A model generated the notes under the pieces. It had not been told where the DNA came from, did not search any database, and saw only the letters and a program-made list of their open reading frames with translations. DNA of 64,000 nt from Isurus oxyrinchus. Its lineage: Eukaryota. Positions 22,620 to 35,888 of this stretch are shown piece by piece. The stretch is from contig JANJGN010000151.1 of NCBI GenBank assembly GCA_026770705.1, forward strand, positions 558,001 to 622,000, in the 5' to 3' direction. The translations under genes were made by a program, and so were the position numbers. Position 1 is the first letter of the stretch, and every line of letters begins with the position of its first letter.

Positions 22620-23289
22620 ATTTTGCCCCATTGTGCTTGAGTTTACTCTTCGCATGGGCTATCCAATTAATCCCACGTCTCCGCTCTTTCCCCAAACCTC
22701 CAAAAATTGCTCCTTTACATGTTTGAAACATTATTCAGTTATTTCATTTAGAAAAAGAATGAAAGAAACATATTCTGAAATAGAGGCATTCATTTCAAAT
22801 ACACGTTGTTTTATTATAATTGTTACGATGAACAATCGAGATATTGTAATGTAAAGGTATGGTAAAAATATTTCACTGAGCAGATCCCCACAGTTTCTCT
22901 GATCTCATCTGCAGCTTGCACTCTCCCATTCTGCTCAAGCCTGTCAGTCAGGCAGCCCCCATTTCATTCATATAATAAGTGGAATTGGTCTAAGTGACCA
23001 TGTCGCTTTAGTCAAAGCCTTCAGAGCGCACTGGTCCTCTATATCCACCTTTATATTAGGAGGTGTTTGTCTAATTCAACACGGCATTTTATTCAAATTC
23101 TTCTGGGTACACTGGTCCTCTATACCAACATTTCTATTAGCTGTGGGTAGCTGCACTGATCAGCTCTTTTAATGGGAGGCTCCGGCACTGCTACCAGCAC
23201 AATATGGACTATTTCTCTTCACTCCATCCACCTCAGAGACTGAAACAGTTGGAGGGACAACATTTTGTTGAATTCCTGTCCAGTTCCCT

Positions 23290-23511
23290 GTTCCATTGAT
23301 TGCTGGCCGCTCGGATGTCATAAATTGGAGGATAAAGGAGCTCTCAGCTGATTGGACGAATAACAGAATAAAGGATTTGATTGGTCCACCTGCTGACTCT
23401 GTCAGGAATGAACCAATCGGCAGAGACGCCGGATGTTGCTCAACGTTAACCCAACTCTTCACGAAAACAATTTCAGGTTCTATTCAAATCCGGCTTCAAC
23501 TGTCTGCAAGC
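23290..23511 (+). promoter_or_regulatory. Family-G V promoter with several CCAAT/ATTGG boxes
   Basis: Conserved upstream of the G leaders at 30374, 40855 and 60742. Confidence 0.55.
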
Positions 23512-24062
23512 ATGTCGGTTATTACTTTTTATTCGTTCCTCACAACTGCAGCTCTCGTAACTGGTAAGCTTACAGCTGCAAAATCTCCTTGCAGGCAATG
23601 TGTTCTATGTTCACTATGTTTTGTCTCTGTTTCTAATATGCCCCGTCACCTGATGATATTAAGTATATTAAAATGATGATAAAAGCTTAACGTTCTGTGT
23701 TTCTAAATTTCTACAGGTGTTAATGGTGCAGATTCGGTATCACAGGAGCCGCTTATAGCGATACATTTCGAAGGACATTCGATGACCATTAATTATAGCT
23801 ACTCGGGCACTTATAGCTCATATTCGTTACAACTGTACCGTCAGGACCAGGATAAAGCCCCCAAATTCTTGATCTACATCTCTAACTACGGGGATGTTGT
23901 CAGAGCAGAGGGCGTAGGGATTCGATTTTCTGCATCGATCGACACTTCGAAAAGTGAGGGGAATTTCACCATCCGTGACTTGCTGCTGTCTGACAGCGCG
24001 GTGTATTACTGCGGGTTGAGAGACACAGTGACAGGAACCAGAGGGAGCCCCGTACAAAAACA
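23512..24062 (+). CDS. TCR V segment, intact, non-canonical (family G; Cys23>Tyr, Trp41>Leu)
   Basis: Leader 23512-23563 MSVITFYSFLTTAALVT/GT. V exon 23717-24023 GVNGADSVSQEP..MTINYSYS..LQLYRQDQDKAPKFL..RFSASIDTSKS..LSDSAVYYCGLR. RSS CACAGTG-23-ACAAAAACA. Confidence 0.92.
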
Positions 24063-24542
24063 CTGCCGCAATGTGATAAGGTGAATAGAATAGGCGGCAT
24101 ACTGTGGAGAAACCAGAACTTCATTACATTATCAGTATATCGAGCTGATTTCATATAAGTAACAAGCCGAGAGTAGCACATGCAGCATTGGAGAAGGCCT
24201 GCTCTGTTCCATTTACATCCAATATATTCTGAACATAATGCAAAAATGTGTTTAGCGATTTCGTAAAATTTTGAAAATTAAAGGTCTTAGGGCAGAAATG
24301 CTCAGCAAAGTATTTGAGAGTGTGTTCTGGCCGTTACAGGAGGTACACACAATAAGAAAATGCAGCAGCAGGTATGTAACACTGCGGGTCGCTCAGGAAA
24401 AGAACAGGCTTTGCATTTGCATAAAGTCCTGCGCCCTGTGTTCAGATTTGCCGAAGTGCTTCGAGCAAAATTCCGAATGCATTCTTTTTCAATTTGGCTT
24501 GTGCGTTCTGTCGTTTTACAGACCAACCGGTGACAATTCTGG

Positions 24543-24780
24543 TCCACATTGATACACGGCAGAGACACGAGCCCCAGCGATATTTAAAGGAAGTGTTTTC
24601 TTGTCTTGGTCCAATTCAGCGGAAAACCGGTCAGGGAAATCTGGAGAAACAATCCCTTCCCCTAGTTATAACCCTTCAGTAAATACCTAGGAACTTCCCC
24701 GCGATACTGGATGTACCAAAAGAGCGTTGATATAGTGTATTTTGTTGCGTAACTGCAGTTCAGTATTATTGTCTGCCCTT
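24543..24780 (-). pseudogene. TCR V pseudogene fragment (family F)
   Basis: GQTIILNCSYATK..LFWYIQYRGEVPRYLLK..*..PDRFSAELDQ..SAVYQC. Confidence 0.8.
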
Positions 24781-25052
24781 TGTAAGTCCGCAATATATAT
24801 CCAGCACTTTAGAGATGTTGCTGTTGACATGTTCCTCATGTCCTTTTTAAAAGTATATTGGGGCATCGTGTGTTGATGTGAATTTACATGCTGCCTCCTG
24901 CAATATTTAATTACTGAGATGCTTTCTATTCTCTGGCCTGAATGCTCCAATGCCCCTTGTAATAGGTAGGTTGTGATTGATGTTCCCCACGTTGGGTGGA
25001 ATGCTCATAATCTGTAAGTGTGTTAACTAATATTTTCTATGCTATTTTCCAG

Positions 25053-25386
25053 GCAAAATCCGTCGGAGCTGGGTAACGCAGCGTCAACGTGAGTTGAAGT
25101 TATCTGAGGGAGATAATCCACAATTGAACTGTAATTACAGTTCCAGTTCTGATGATCCGGATCGCTCTGGTACCGGCTGTACCTGAACCAGACATCCCAG
25201 TTTATATTGTTCCGTGATATTGCACGGATTGCGAGTTTGCGAAAGGGAAATTCGATGCTTGTCATCATGCTCATTAACATTTTATCCATTTGTCAATTTC
25301 TACAGCGGAGGCGAAAGGCAACACATTCTATTTCTGCAGATTGAGAGTCTGGGAGCTTCAACGCCGCTCCAGTCCGTGCAAAAACA
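25053..25386 (+). pseudogene. TCR V pseudogene
   Basis: WVTQRQRELKLSEGDNPQLNCNYSS..WYRLYLNQTSQFIL..FAKGKF..TFYFCRLR. Frameshifts; nonamer GCAAAAACA 25378-25386. Confidence 0.78.
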
Positions 25387-25419
25387 TCATCAAACTGCAG
25401 GCAAATAGTTAAGCAAAGG

Positions 25420-25583
25420 TAAAAGCAAAATACTGCGGATGCTGGAAATCTGAAACAAAAACAAAAACACCTGGAAAAACTCAGCAGGTCTGACAGCACC
25501 TGCGGAAACAAATACAGTTGATGTTTCGAGTCAGTCCGAAACGTCAACTCTATTCCTCTCCGCAGATGCTGTCAGACCTACTG
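25420..25583. mobile_element. Fold-back mini element made of Penelope terminal-repeat ends
   Basis: Internal inverted repeat; 13-bp TSD AGTTAAGCAAAGG 25407-25419 and 25584-25596. Confidence 0.75.
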
Positions 25584-25719
25584 AGTTAAGCAAAGGCATC
25601 TGCCACAGTGAAAAATAAAATCTTTCATTGGGAAAATGATGAAAAAACATATGTTTCCATGTTCTGCCACAATGGCGTCAAGGATCATGGACATCAGTTA
25701 CGCGAAATGAGTAGAGAAA

Positions 25720-26120
25720 CTGAATTGTTTTCCTCGGAACAGTGGAGATTAAGTGGAATACTAATTGGGGGGACCAAACTTATGAAAGGATTTCAAAACG
25801 TAGATGAGGAAAAATTATTCCTGCACGCAGCAGGAACGCCGATGGGAGGATACTGATTCAAGGTAATTGACAGAAAAATCCAGGGGTAATTTATGATTAT
25901 TTTCAAAGTGAGTTGCGATGATCTTGAAAGCACTGCCTGAAAGGCGGTGGGAGCAGATACAATAATAAGTAATTGATTCATATTTGAAAAAGGTAAACTG
26001 CAGGCCTAGGGGGAAAGGCCATGTAGTTGGTCTTATTGGATAGCTATTGCAGACTGGAAAGCACGGGAACGTTTGGCCGAATGACCTCCTCCTGTGCTGT
26101 ATTATCCAGCAATTCTATGT
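25720..26120 (+). mobile_element. Degenerate CR1 LINE 3' fragment
   Basis: ELFSSEQWRLSGILI..KLMKGF..VDEEKLF. Confidence 0.6.
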
Positions 26121-27314
26121 ATCACACCCAATGCTAATCCCGGCACAAGCTGGAGTTCCTTGTGTTGGCTCTTGGCTAAATTCCCGAAACTATCTCCAGA
26201 ATAGCACTGGAGGAAAACCTTCATGATGCATGTTCTGGCAGTTCAAGGTGAAGCTTCAGCACAATATTCTTATGTGAAATTAGGGATGGATAACACATGC
26301 TGGCCTTGCCATAATTGCCCATAAGAAGAAAATAGGTACAATAAAACTAAGAACATAGGGCTGGGATGAAAGCAGCTCGCCTTCGCCTTTAAGACCATTT
26401 GCTTCATTAACCTGCTCAGCCTCTCTCCTCCCATCGTCTCTTTACCCACATTCGGCACAGCTGGGCTTTTGACTAGCTTTTTTCAGAGAAAGCAAACAGA
26501 AGCTACACTATGGCAATTATACCGATTGGGGAGATAAGACATGATGAAATATGTGAGTTCAACCAAGTTCCTCTTGCTGTTTGTAACATGAGCATCGGTT
26601 TCCAACTATAGATTATGAAGGAAATGTAATATGGCAGCATTAACATAGATATTTTCAGTTATTACTATTTTTCTTTGTCATTTCTTGATCGTTGTGGTAT
26701 GAGCAATGGAGACGAGATGTTGTAAGGCAGTCATAACACAAAAACGTTACAGAGGATAAAAATCCTGATACATTAGAAAATGTAACGAAATACAATGAAC
26801 ATCTGAAAGTGACCAACAGGTGAATGCGTTCCTGAGTGATCTGAATGGTCAAGAGTTTTTAGTATTCTACATTTGATCTGCTGTTTTATTCAATAGTTTT
26901 CAGTTCTATTGTTACCATTGATGGCCCTGAACACTGAAGTCAGGTTCACAGTGATAAATAATTGGCATGTTAGTTTCTCAGCTGCTCTCTTCGTAACGTT
27001 ATCAGGGAAATATGAAGGATGTTAAAGGAAAGGGCTTCTTACTTTATTTATGATTCACTTGATTTATGATTTTCCCAGACCTAAAATCTCTGCATATTAC
27101 ACTCGTTATTTTGCACTTTCTATAGATTCCTAAAATTCTGTTCTCGTCATGTTCTATTACTGCACTTTTTAGCTTTCTGTTTTTCTCTCACTCATTCTGG
27201 CTTTTTCTGCGTTTATGTTTCCAACTCTGCTCATTTCTCACCCCCTTGTAAATCTTGAGATACTGGAAACGCTGATCCTCCGATAACAACAGAGCGGCTC
27301 TCCCAGAAGGCGCA

Positions 27315-27664
27315 GGTTTCTGTACATATGCTCGTTGTACTGTGGTTTACAGCGCACAAATAAGTGGCCGTGTCTGTAACCCGGGCGCCCCTCACAGCCA
27401 GGACACTGTGCTTGTTGTCTACAACGATTGATCGCGTTGATTGGCTCCTCTTGTTGCCATCACCAGATGCTGGGGCAGCTGATTTGGGGGTTGTCTTTAC
27501 CAACGCACAATGTCAAATGCAATAGTGATGATGCAGTTCATAAACATGATTCTCGTTTCACTAACAATCACCCGCCCAGGGGGTTGCATCACCTCATCTT
27601 CACATGTCACATCCGTGCAGATCAGGGTGGAAAACAGCAAACAGGCTCTGTAAATCCGGAGCAT
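27315..27664 (-). pseudogene. TCR V pseudogene (family E)
   Basis: MLRIYRACLLFSTLICTDVTCEDEVMQP(fs)..MNCII..W*RQPPNQ..VTDTATYLCAVN. RSS CACAGTA-14-ACAGAAACC. Confidence 0.85.
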
Positions 27665-29190
27665 TATCAGAGCACATGAAACACCAGCTGGACCAATTGT
27701 CCATTGACTTCGGAGTTAGAGCCGGGAGATGAATATTATATTCAGAAGAATTAACAAGGAGCAAAACACCAGCTTCAGGTCCTATTCAGAGGGAATCTTC
27801 TGTTGAATTAACTAAAGAGACCGGGTCTTGGGATTGACTCGCCCATATTCAATATTTCACACTGACTCCAGCTAACGTATTCTGTGAGTTCATACTGGGC
27901 CGCACACATTCAATATTTCTCAAAGATTCACACTGCTCTCTGATGGTGTGCATTGGTAACTGCATGGTACAATCGTTCAAGTCAATTCCCGCCAATCTGC
28001 ATTTCACAGGAGAATTGTAAATGAGAACAGCTATTCCCTTCGTCCTTGTAAAGCACCCCTATCTGGAGAGGCCCTGTACCTCGCTTTCAATTGCAGCATT
28101 CAACGATCCCAGTGTATCTTCCTCCCTCATTCTAGTTGAATCTTTATTCCACAGTGTGATCACCTTCAGTGTGACAACAGGAATCTCTCTTGACATGCGT
28201 CTCAAAAGCTCATTTTATAGTTTAAACTCGTGTGCTGCCCCACATGGATGCAGTGCAAAATTTTCTGTTGGATATTTGCAACACACCAACATTGGCAACT
28301 CATAAAAGTATATTTCGCTAAAACAAATACAAGTTGACCACCAGCGTTAAGTTAATGCCTCTATTTCGTCATTTGTTCGTTTAATCACATTTTCTCAATG
28401 AAGTTACTGGACAATTGTGAGTCTCGAATTGCCCTGTCACTGAAAACAACATGGTATCTCACTACCTTCTGGCGGCAGTGACATTGCACTACAGGGTGCT
28501 TCTTTACAACACTTGTTCACCTTCGGAACTCAGGAGTGAGTTCAACAATTTCCGGTTCGAAACTCTACTGCATTTATACTTATTCATCTTTTTAGTTTAG
28601 ACGGCACCTGGTGGTGAGGAATCTGATTTTCATAAGTTTACTTCATCCAGGCAAATCTACCCGTCTGTTTTATCTTTTCCTGTTGTAGCGTCTTTATCAG
28701 GTCTGAGTCACGGAAGTTCTGTAATGCAGCCGCTGTCCTCAGGAGTAAGGAAAGGATAACCGGCGAACTTAAAATGCACCGATAATAATACATGGACAGG
28801 CAACTGATATCAGCCAGAAACTGAAACACAGCCAGTGCTTAATCTGATAAAATATCCAAACGACTCCGAAGATAAAGCACATTTTGCTGAAATCTGGTTT
28901 ACAGTGCACACTTGCCAACTTGACAAAATTCAGCATCTTCAGCTGAACAAAGCTGTAGTTTATTATTGCTCCCTTCGACTCACAATGTTGGAAACCAGTT
29001 AAACCCTCATACAGCTATTCCCGCCAATTTGTAAATCAGGAACTTTGCCTGCTGATGTAACTTCTAGCGGAGACTAGATGTGAATGCCATTAAAAAACAA
29101 TTACATAGAAAATCTGCCAGGTTCCGCTGTTCATTACCCTGAGCCACCCACTTTCTCTGAACTGAGTTTGAGAAGATTGTTAAGTAAGGG

Positions 29191-29204
29191 CCACCAGAGG
29201 GCAG
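29191..29204 (+). promoter_or_regulatory. CTCF motif
   Basis: CCACCAGAGGGCAG. Confidence 0.55.
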
Positions 29205-30169
29205 TAATAGCGTGGATTATGAAAAAGACAGCACCTGTGGAAATATTAACAGATTTAACGTTGCAGGTAAAGTACCTTCCTTATACCTAAACATATTCAG
29301 GTAATCGGCACGGACCAATCGACAGAGTCCAGGGTGCACTTGGATGAGGTTGGCTGTTTGTTTGGCTGACGGGATTCGTTGAAGGCTGAAACCTCTTTTT
29401 TGTTGTTTCATGTGGTTGAGCGTCGCTGGCAAGAACAGCATTTCTTGCTCATCAATTAATTTCCCTTCAGTAAGTGCTGGCGAGCCGCCCTCTTGAATCG
29501 CTATGGTTCATTTGTTGTTGTGATGGGATGTTGTGTTAGTGATGTTAGGGGGGAGTTCCGGTATATTGACCCAGTGACAATGAAAGAACGGCGATATAAT
29601 TCCACGTCAGGATGGTATGTGGCTGGGAGGAGAAATTGCAGGAGCTGATATTCTCTTTGTTTAGGTGGAAAATATTGAGGGTTTGAGACATACTGTCGAA
29701 GGTACCTTGACGAGTTCATTCAATCACAAAAATTTAAGTGCAAGCAATAATTTCCAGTGGAATCCAATGGTTGCCCTAGTTAACTAATGAATTTCTGCAA
29801 ATATGGTAATTGCTAAAATAGGCAAGCTGTAAATACTTCTAATGATCAATTCAGCCATGAGTACTGAGCGCATGAGGTGTTCGTACACCCTGGATCCGTC
29901 AAACAGTCAATCACTCCTCTTCCATCGTTGAATTCATTTCAAATGTGGTATTTTTCTATTTGCCGCTTTGTTGTAATCAGATTCCTCAGGAGCCAGTGGC
30001 CGCGTGTATCATCTATGGGGTGTCTTCATAGTCAGACAGCAGCAATTGGGGCTCCGGTTCTGAAAGTAGAACAGCATTCACTGCTTTCCTTCTCTTCCTC
30101 CGCCTGACTGATTGAATCGTTATAGGGCCAACATTGGGTATAAACCCTGCCTCATTCCCTGTTGTATGA

Positions 30170-30430
30170 ATCGGAGATCAAAGGAGCTGTGAGCTAATTG
30201 ATTGAATTGAAAACAAAGGCATTTTCAGCTGAATGGATGTAACCTGATGACGCTGTCAGCAATGATCCAATCAGCAGCGATGCGGATGTCACTCAACTTC
30301 TCACCAATTCTTGGCGAAAATAATTTCAGCTTCAGCCGATTCTAGTCATATCCACCGCGAGCTCTCTGCAAACATGTCGCCCGTTGCTTTGAACTTATTC
30401 TTCACAGCGGCAGCTCTTTTAGTTGATAGG
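30170..30430 (+). pseudogene. Orphan family-G promoter and leader
   Basis: MSPVALNLFFTAAALLV (30374-30425) with donor GT>AT. No V exon recognised. Confidence 0.7.
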
Positions 30431-30788
30431 TTCACAAATTGCGAAACTCTGCGTTTTACATCCCGTCCTACCATTACATTTAATTGGGTAGTTCAGTCTA
30501 CACAGGGGGGTTGGGGGGGCGGGGGGCGTGGGGGGGGGGGGTGGAATAGATTGATCCAAAATGTGAAAAATCGCCCCGATCCACCTCGTACCAACACGGA
30601 ACACTGTCTTGGGAGAAGTAGGCGAAATTCCCGGAGTGATTGAGAGCAGAGGAGTTGGGCTGGGATCCTAGACTCCACTTGTGCACTTGAGAGACTTTGG
30701 CAGATTCAAGAGTTCGAACGAAACCCTCCGACTGTTCCCAGTTTTCCCTTCAAATCACCGGAGATGACGGTGAGGAACTGATCTCAAT

Positions 30789-32074
30789 CAAAAACAGAAT
30801 TACCTGGAAAAACTCAGCAGGTCTGGCAGCATCGGCGGAGAAGAAAAGAGTTGACGTTTCGAGTCCTCATGACCCTTCGACAGAACTTGATTTCGAGTCC
30901 AAGAAAGAGTTGAAATATAAGCTGGTTTAAGGTGTGTGTGTGGGGGGGGGAGGAGAGAGAGAGAGAGACAGAGGTGCTTGTGTAGACAAACAAGCAGTGA
31001 TAGAAGCAGATCATCAAAAGATGTCAGTGACAATGGTGCAAAAGAACACATAGGTATTAAAGTTAAAGTTGGTGATATTATCTAAACGAATGTGCTAATT
31101 AAGAATGGATGGTAGGGCACTCAAGGTACAGCTCTAGTGAGGGTGGGGGGAGCATAAAAGATTTTAAAATATTTAAAAATAATGGAAATAGGTGGGAAAG
31201 GAAAAATCTATAAAATTTATAGGGAAAAAAAAGGGGAAAAAAGGGGGAAACAGAAAGGGGGTGGGGATGGGGGAGGGAGCTCACGACCTAAAGTTATTGA
31301 ATTCAATATTCAGACCGGAAGGCTGTAAGGTGCCTAGTCGGAAGATGAGGCGTTGTTCCTCCAGTTTGCGTTGGGCTTCACAGGAACAATGCAGTAAGCC
31401 AAGGACAGACATGTGGGCAAGAGAGCAGGGTGGAGTGTTAAAATGGCAAGCGACAGGGAGGTTTGGGTCATTCTTGCGGACAGACCGCAGGTGTTCTGCA
31501 AAGCGGTCGCCCAGTTTACGTTTGGTCTCTCCAATGTAGAGGAGACCGCATTGGGAGCAACGAATGCAGTAGACTAAGTTGGGGGAAATGCAAGTGAAAT
31601 GCTGCTTCACTTGAAAGGAATGTTTGGGCCCTTGGACGGTGAGGAGAGAGGAAGTGAAGGGGCAGGTGTTACATCTTTTGCGTGGGCATGGGGTGGTGCC
31701 ATAGGAGGGGGTTGAGGAGTAGGGGGTGATGGAGGAGTGGACCAGGGTGTCCCGGAGGGAGCAATCCCTACGGAATGCCGATAAGGGGGGTGAAGGGAAG
31801 ATGTGTTTGGTGGTGGCATCATGCTGGAGTTGGCGGAAATGGTGGAGGATGATCCTTTGAATGCGGAGGCTGGTGGGGTGATAAGTGAGGACAAGGGGGA
31901 CCCTATCATGTTTCTGGGAGGGCGGAGAAGGCGTGAGGGCGGATGCGCGGGAGATGGGCCGGACACGGTTGAGGGCCCTGTCAACGACCGTGCGTGGAAA
32001 ACCTCGGTTAAGGAAGAAGGAGGACATGTCAGAGGAACCGTTTTTGAAGGTAGCATCATCGGAACAGATGCGAC
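30789..32074 (-). mobile_element. Penelope-like element, 5'-truncated
   Basis: ORF 31281-32027 with GIY-YIG domain (LYIGETKRKLGDRFAEH). TSD GATCTCAAT 30780-30788 and 32075-32083. Confidence 0.92.
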
Positions 32075-32270
32075 GATCTCAATGTTCACTCAGGAACGTT
32101 TTATTGAATCGATCCAAGCACCTTCCCTTTACAGCACCTGAGCTGCAGGAAATATATTTCTATTTAGCTGCCATGATTTATTTCTCAGGTTCCGGGTGAC
32201 AGGCCGATTTTGGGGCATAGACATAGTGAAGTGACATCGTTTAATTGAATATCGCTCTTGGCTCTTATAG

Positions 32271-32593
32271 GACATTGTGGAGGAGGCTCTGTTTCACAGA
32301 CACTGGCTGCAGTCACAGTGAGTGAAGGAGACGATGTTCAGCTGCTCTGTAATTATACAGCTACAAGCAGCGTCAATCCTTATCTATTCTGGTATCGTCA
32401 GTATCCCAGCGGATTCCTAGAGTATCTACTGAAGAGAAACAGATACATGGCTAACACAGAGATATTTCCCGGAGACCGTTTTTCAGCGGAGCTCAATGAA
32501 AGTGTCTAAAACAGAATTGTCATGCTCTGCGGTGTATCACTGCACGCTGTACCCCACAGACACACAGAGCAGGGCTGAACCTGTATGAAAACT
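32271..32593 (+). pseudogene. TCR V pseudogene
   Basis: GSVSQTLAAVTVSEGDDVQLLCNYT..YLFWYRQYPS..GDRFSAELNESV*, FR3 deletion, SAVYHCTL. RSS CACAGAC-23-ATGAAAACT. Confidence 0.88.
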
Positions 32594-34479
32594 GTCAGAA
32601 CGACACTCAACATTACGGAGCAAGGCGCAAACATTGTGATCGAGGTGAGTCTGAACTACTTACTTAAATCGTAGTGACATTTATACATTTATTTCTAATT
32701 TATAGTTTTATTCTTAATAATTTTATCATGAAACAATCTTAATGCGGGCATATTAGCAAAAGATAATACAATATTTATATGATTCTTTTCTTCATGTTCC
32801 AAAATGTTTCTCAGTCACTGTTATAATATAATGTAGAGAAGGCAGCAGCCAATTCTTGCCCAGTAAAAGACTTCAATAAACGGCCGGCCTCTTTCAGTAA
32901 TGATGACTGACCGGGGCAATTCCTCTCCTGTCCTCAAGAAAGTGGCTGTGCGATCTATGATGCTGAGAGGGCAAACAGTGCCATCGATTGAACATCTCAT
33001 TTGAAACCCGGTACCTCTGACTGCACCATTTCCTGAGGGCAGCACCGGGGTAACAGCATTGATCCTAGGGCTCAAGACCTTGGTGGTGGAGGAGGGAAGG
33101 TGTGGGTGTGGGATGGGAATGGAAGGTTGAAACTTTTGTTTCAGGGGCAATAATGATGAGAACAGAACTTCGCCTGACAAGTAGAGCTCTCAGGTTAACC
33201 CCTGTATGGTTAATTCTTAGACATCAGTATCTTTTAATAATACATATAAAATGGACAATAGATGAGTGCAAAGCTTTTCTAGATGTGAGTGACATAATGG
33301 CAGGCATCTGGGCAGCCGTCAATTGGCGCCTCGGTCACCTTTTCTCCCAGAACAGGAGGTCAGTTTCCATTGGGGCCTCCTCGGTAAGTTCCCGAGTTGT
33401 CCTTACTGACAGGCTGCCGGTGTCCTATTGAGCGGAAAGTATCTCTGAACAAATCGGCCTCAGAATCTGGGAAACTGCAGGAGGTGGTGACTGTTCATCA
33501 ACTCAATCCAGGAAAAACGGATTGAAATAAAGAAAAGAAAACTGAAAAATAAACTTTACTGGTCCCCGTGGCAACAGGAAACGATAAGCTTAACCCATGG
33601 AACCAAATGTCACTCAACAAGAGAAAGAAAGACTTTTCCTGATGTCACGCTTTTCCAACTCAGGATTTCCAGAAGCCTTTCCAACCTCAGGAAGTACGTT
33701 TCCAGTGCACTCACTGTTGCGATATTGGAAACATTATTTCCACAAAGGAAAACGGGAATGTTTAATTCTCTGCCAGGATAGGTTGTCACTCTGATCCTGG
33801 AGCAAAGGAATTTGTGAGGCCAGGTGTTTTCCAGATAATTTCAACTTGCAGAAAATAGTAACCAGAACATTCGGTAACGAGCTGATGGACACCTCTTACT
33901 CTAAGGCGCATTGAGCAAACCTGCTAAACATTGTGTCAACCTGCTTATTCAGACAACCCATTGACATTGGAATACAATGATTCATAGTGTTCATCCTCTA
34001 AGTCCTCTGTGCCATCCCCCTCCTCCTTCAACTGCCATACCTTAGGAGGCCGTTGATGACCATGGACTTACATTGGATTGGGCTATGATTATGTTTGCAA
34101 GGTACTTCAGTTGTTTGTCGTTGCTTTCTGCAGTATTACTGACCAAGAATCTCTCCTCTCTTGTCACCTACCATCAAGCATATTGGAAGCATTTACAGAC
34201 TGATAATCAACCTTTTTGACCACGTTAGGAACTGACTTTCTGTGGCCATAATGTCCTGAATTGAGACTTGAACCTGAAGCTTCTGACCCAAAAGTATGGA
34301 CGCTGCCAGTGCTCACGAAGACCTTCTTCCATGCATAATTCATACATAGGCTCTTGCCCTAAATACACTATCGTTTGCGGTGAAGTGTCATCAATATATT
34401 TCCTGTAATGCCCAGCGGTCACCTGTGACAGCGGTGAACTGATGGCTCTGTCACTTTTGGACAGATAAAAGGATTTGAA

Positions 34480-34493
34480 GCGCCATCTAGTGG
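34480..34493 (-). promoter_or_regulatory. CTCF motif (paralog at 55700-55713)
   Basis: Reverse complement CCACTAGATGGCGC, identical in the duplicated block. Confidence 0.65.
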
Positions 34494-35028
34494 AACCCTG
34501 TCTGTGAAACAACGATTCTCAACTTATTCTGGAATATTGCTGCATGATATTGGTGGATAATTATTATGGCATCTTATTATTTTTTTTTGCTCAGATTTTA
34601 TTATTACTGCACCTGATGCCTTTTTTCATCTTTTGCTTTTGCTATATGTGCTATTTCATATTAGTTGCAAGATTATTTGTCTGTTTTCCGACATGCCTAC
34701 GTCATTAGTACAGTGCATGTCATTTGCACACATAGATGAGGTTCTCATTAATAAATTCATAAACCCACAACTTATGAGGTTGGATTGTAAATTTCTAAAG
34801 AATGGAATGCTTCTAAGCCCCCTAATCATAAAACAGGAATGTCAACCAAATTTCAATAAGCGAATGTATCAGAGTATTTTTCTACGATTAGGAATAAAAA
34901 AGTGAAATTTTACGGCAGTAATTTCTTCGTATGATCAACTTTGCGTTTTCCTTTTACCGATTTCACTTCCATCACACTAACTTCTAAAGCCCATGGGCTT
35001 ATTTTCTCCTCAGTCCCCATGTTGAGTG

Positions 35029-35346
35029 AATTATTGTACAGCTCCTCCTCCCCTTATTTCACCATGCCTCTCTGTACTGTAATACACGCAGCGTCTGACA
35101 GCTGAACCGTGTCAACAGTGACAGTGATGGAGCTTTTCTCACGGTCCACCCCTATTTTAAACTTTCCCTCAACTCTTTCATTGCTGTAAGTGGAAACGAG
35201 ATACTCGGGAGCTTGATTGGAGAATTGCCGTTACCAGAATACAATATCATTTTTCGTGAATATAACATTGTGATGAAGCAAAATGGTTTGTCCAACAGTT
35301 TCCCAAAACATCCATATCTGAAATGTCTTCCAGTGACAAGGAACAA
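35029..35346 (-). pseudogene. TCR V pseudogene (family C)
   Basis: GQTILLHHNVIF..FW*RQFSNQAPEYLV..EGKFK..QLSDA.VYYSTER. RSS CATGGTG-22-ACAATAATT. Confidence 0.8.
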
Positions 35347-35631
35347 CTGCGAAGACATGAATAACATTAGCTTAATGACACAAGAGTGGATAAAGCACTT
35401 GCGGATGTTGGCAGAATCTACTAATCTGTCTATTGATCTCTCTCTATCTATTTATTTATCTGCATCTCTACATTCCGATCTATCTATCTATTTGCATATC
35501 TATGTATCTCATCGTTTATGAATCTTTCTCACGGATATCTACTATCTTGGTCTCAGAGAGGCAGAGTTATTTCACTGTTTATCTCTTTACTTTGAACAAA
35601 CAAATATCGGAAATTCAATTTAATAATTTTT

Positions 35632-35888
35632 GATGCTCTTCATCTGAGCCAACGTAGAGCCGCCAGTCCAGTTCAACCCTTTGATCTTCCCATGACTCCA
35701 CCTACTCAGGGTGGGAGCTCTGATCCTCACACCAAACGGCTGTGAACAAAAGAAAAACCACTGAACCACCACGGGGTACCGACAGATTGGTTAAAAACAA
35801 TACCTCTGATGAGATAAATAAACTCACACAATATCAACAGCAATAGGGCTCCAACTGGAATCAGGTCTTTGCCGGAGTTTCTGTTCAT
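35632..35888 (-). pseudogene. Truncated TCR V (family D)
   Basis: Leader MNRNSGKDLIPVGALLLLIL/GTGAG, then EDQSSHPE*; truncated. Confidence 0.8.

Noticed and set aside
29850-30120. Degenerate V on the minus strand (DSISQ...DPGVY)
   Set aside because: No Cys, Trp or RSS support; too weak to call.
33545-33630. J segment (TFGSMG on the minus strand)
   Set aside because: No FGxG, in-frame stop, no RSS; the paralog at 55.05 kb does not keep the motif.
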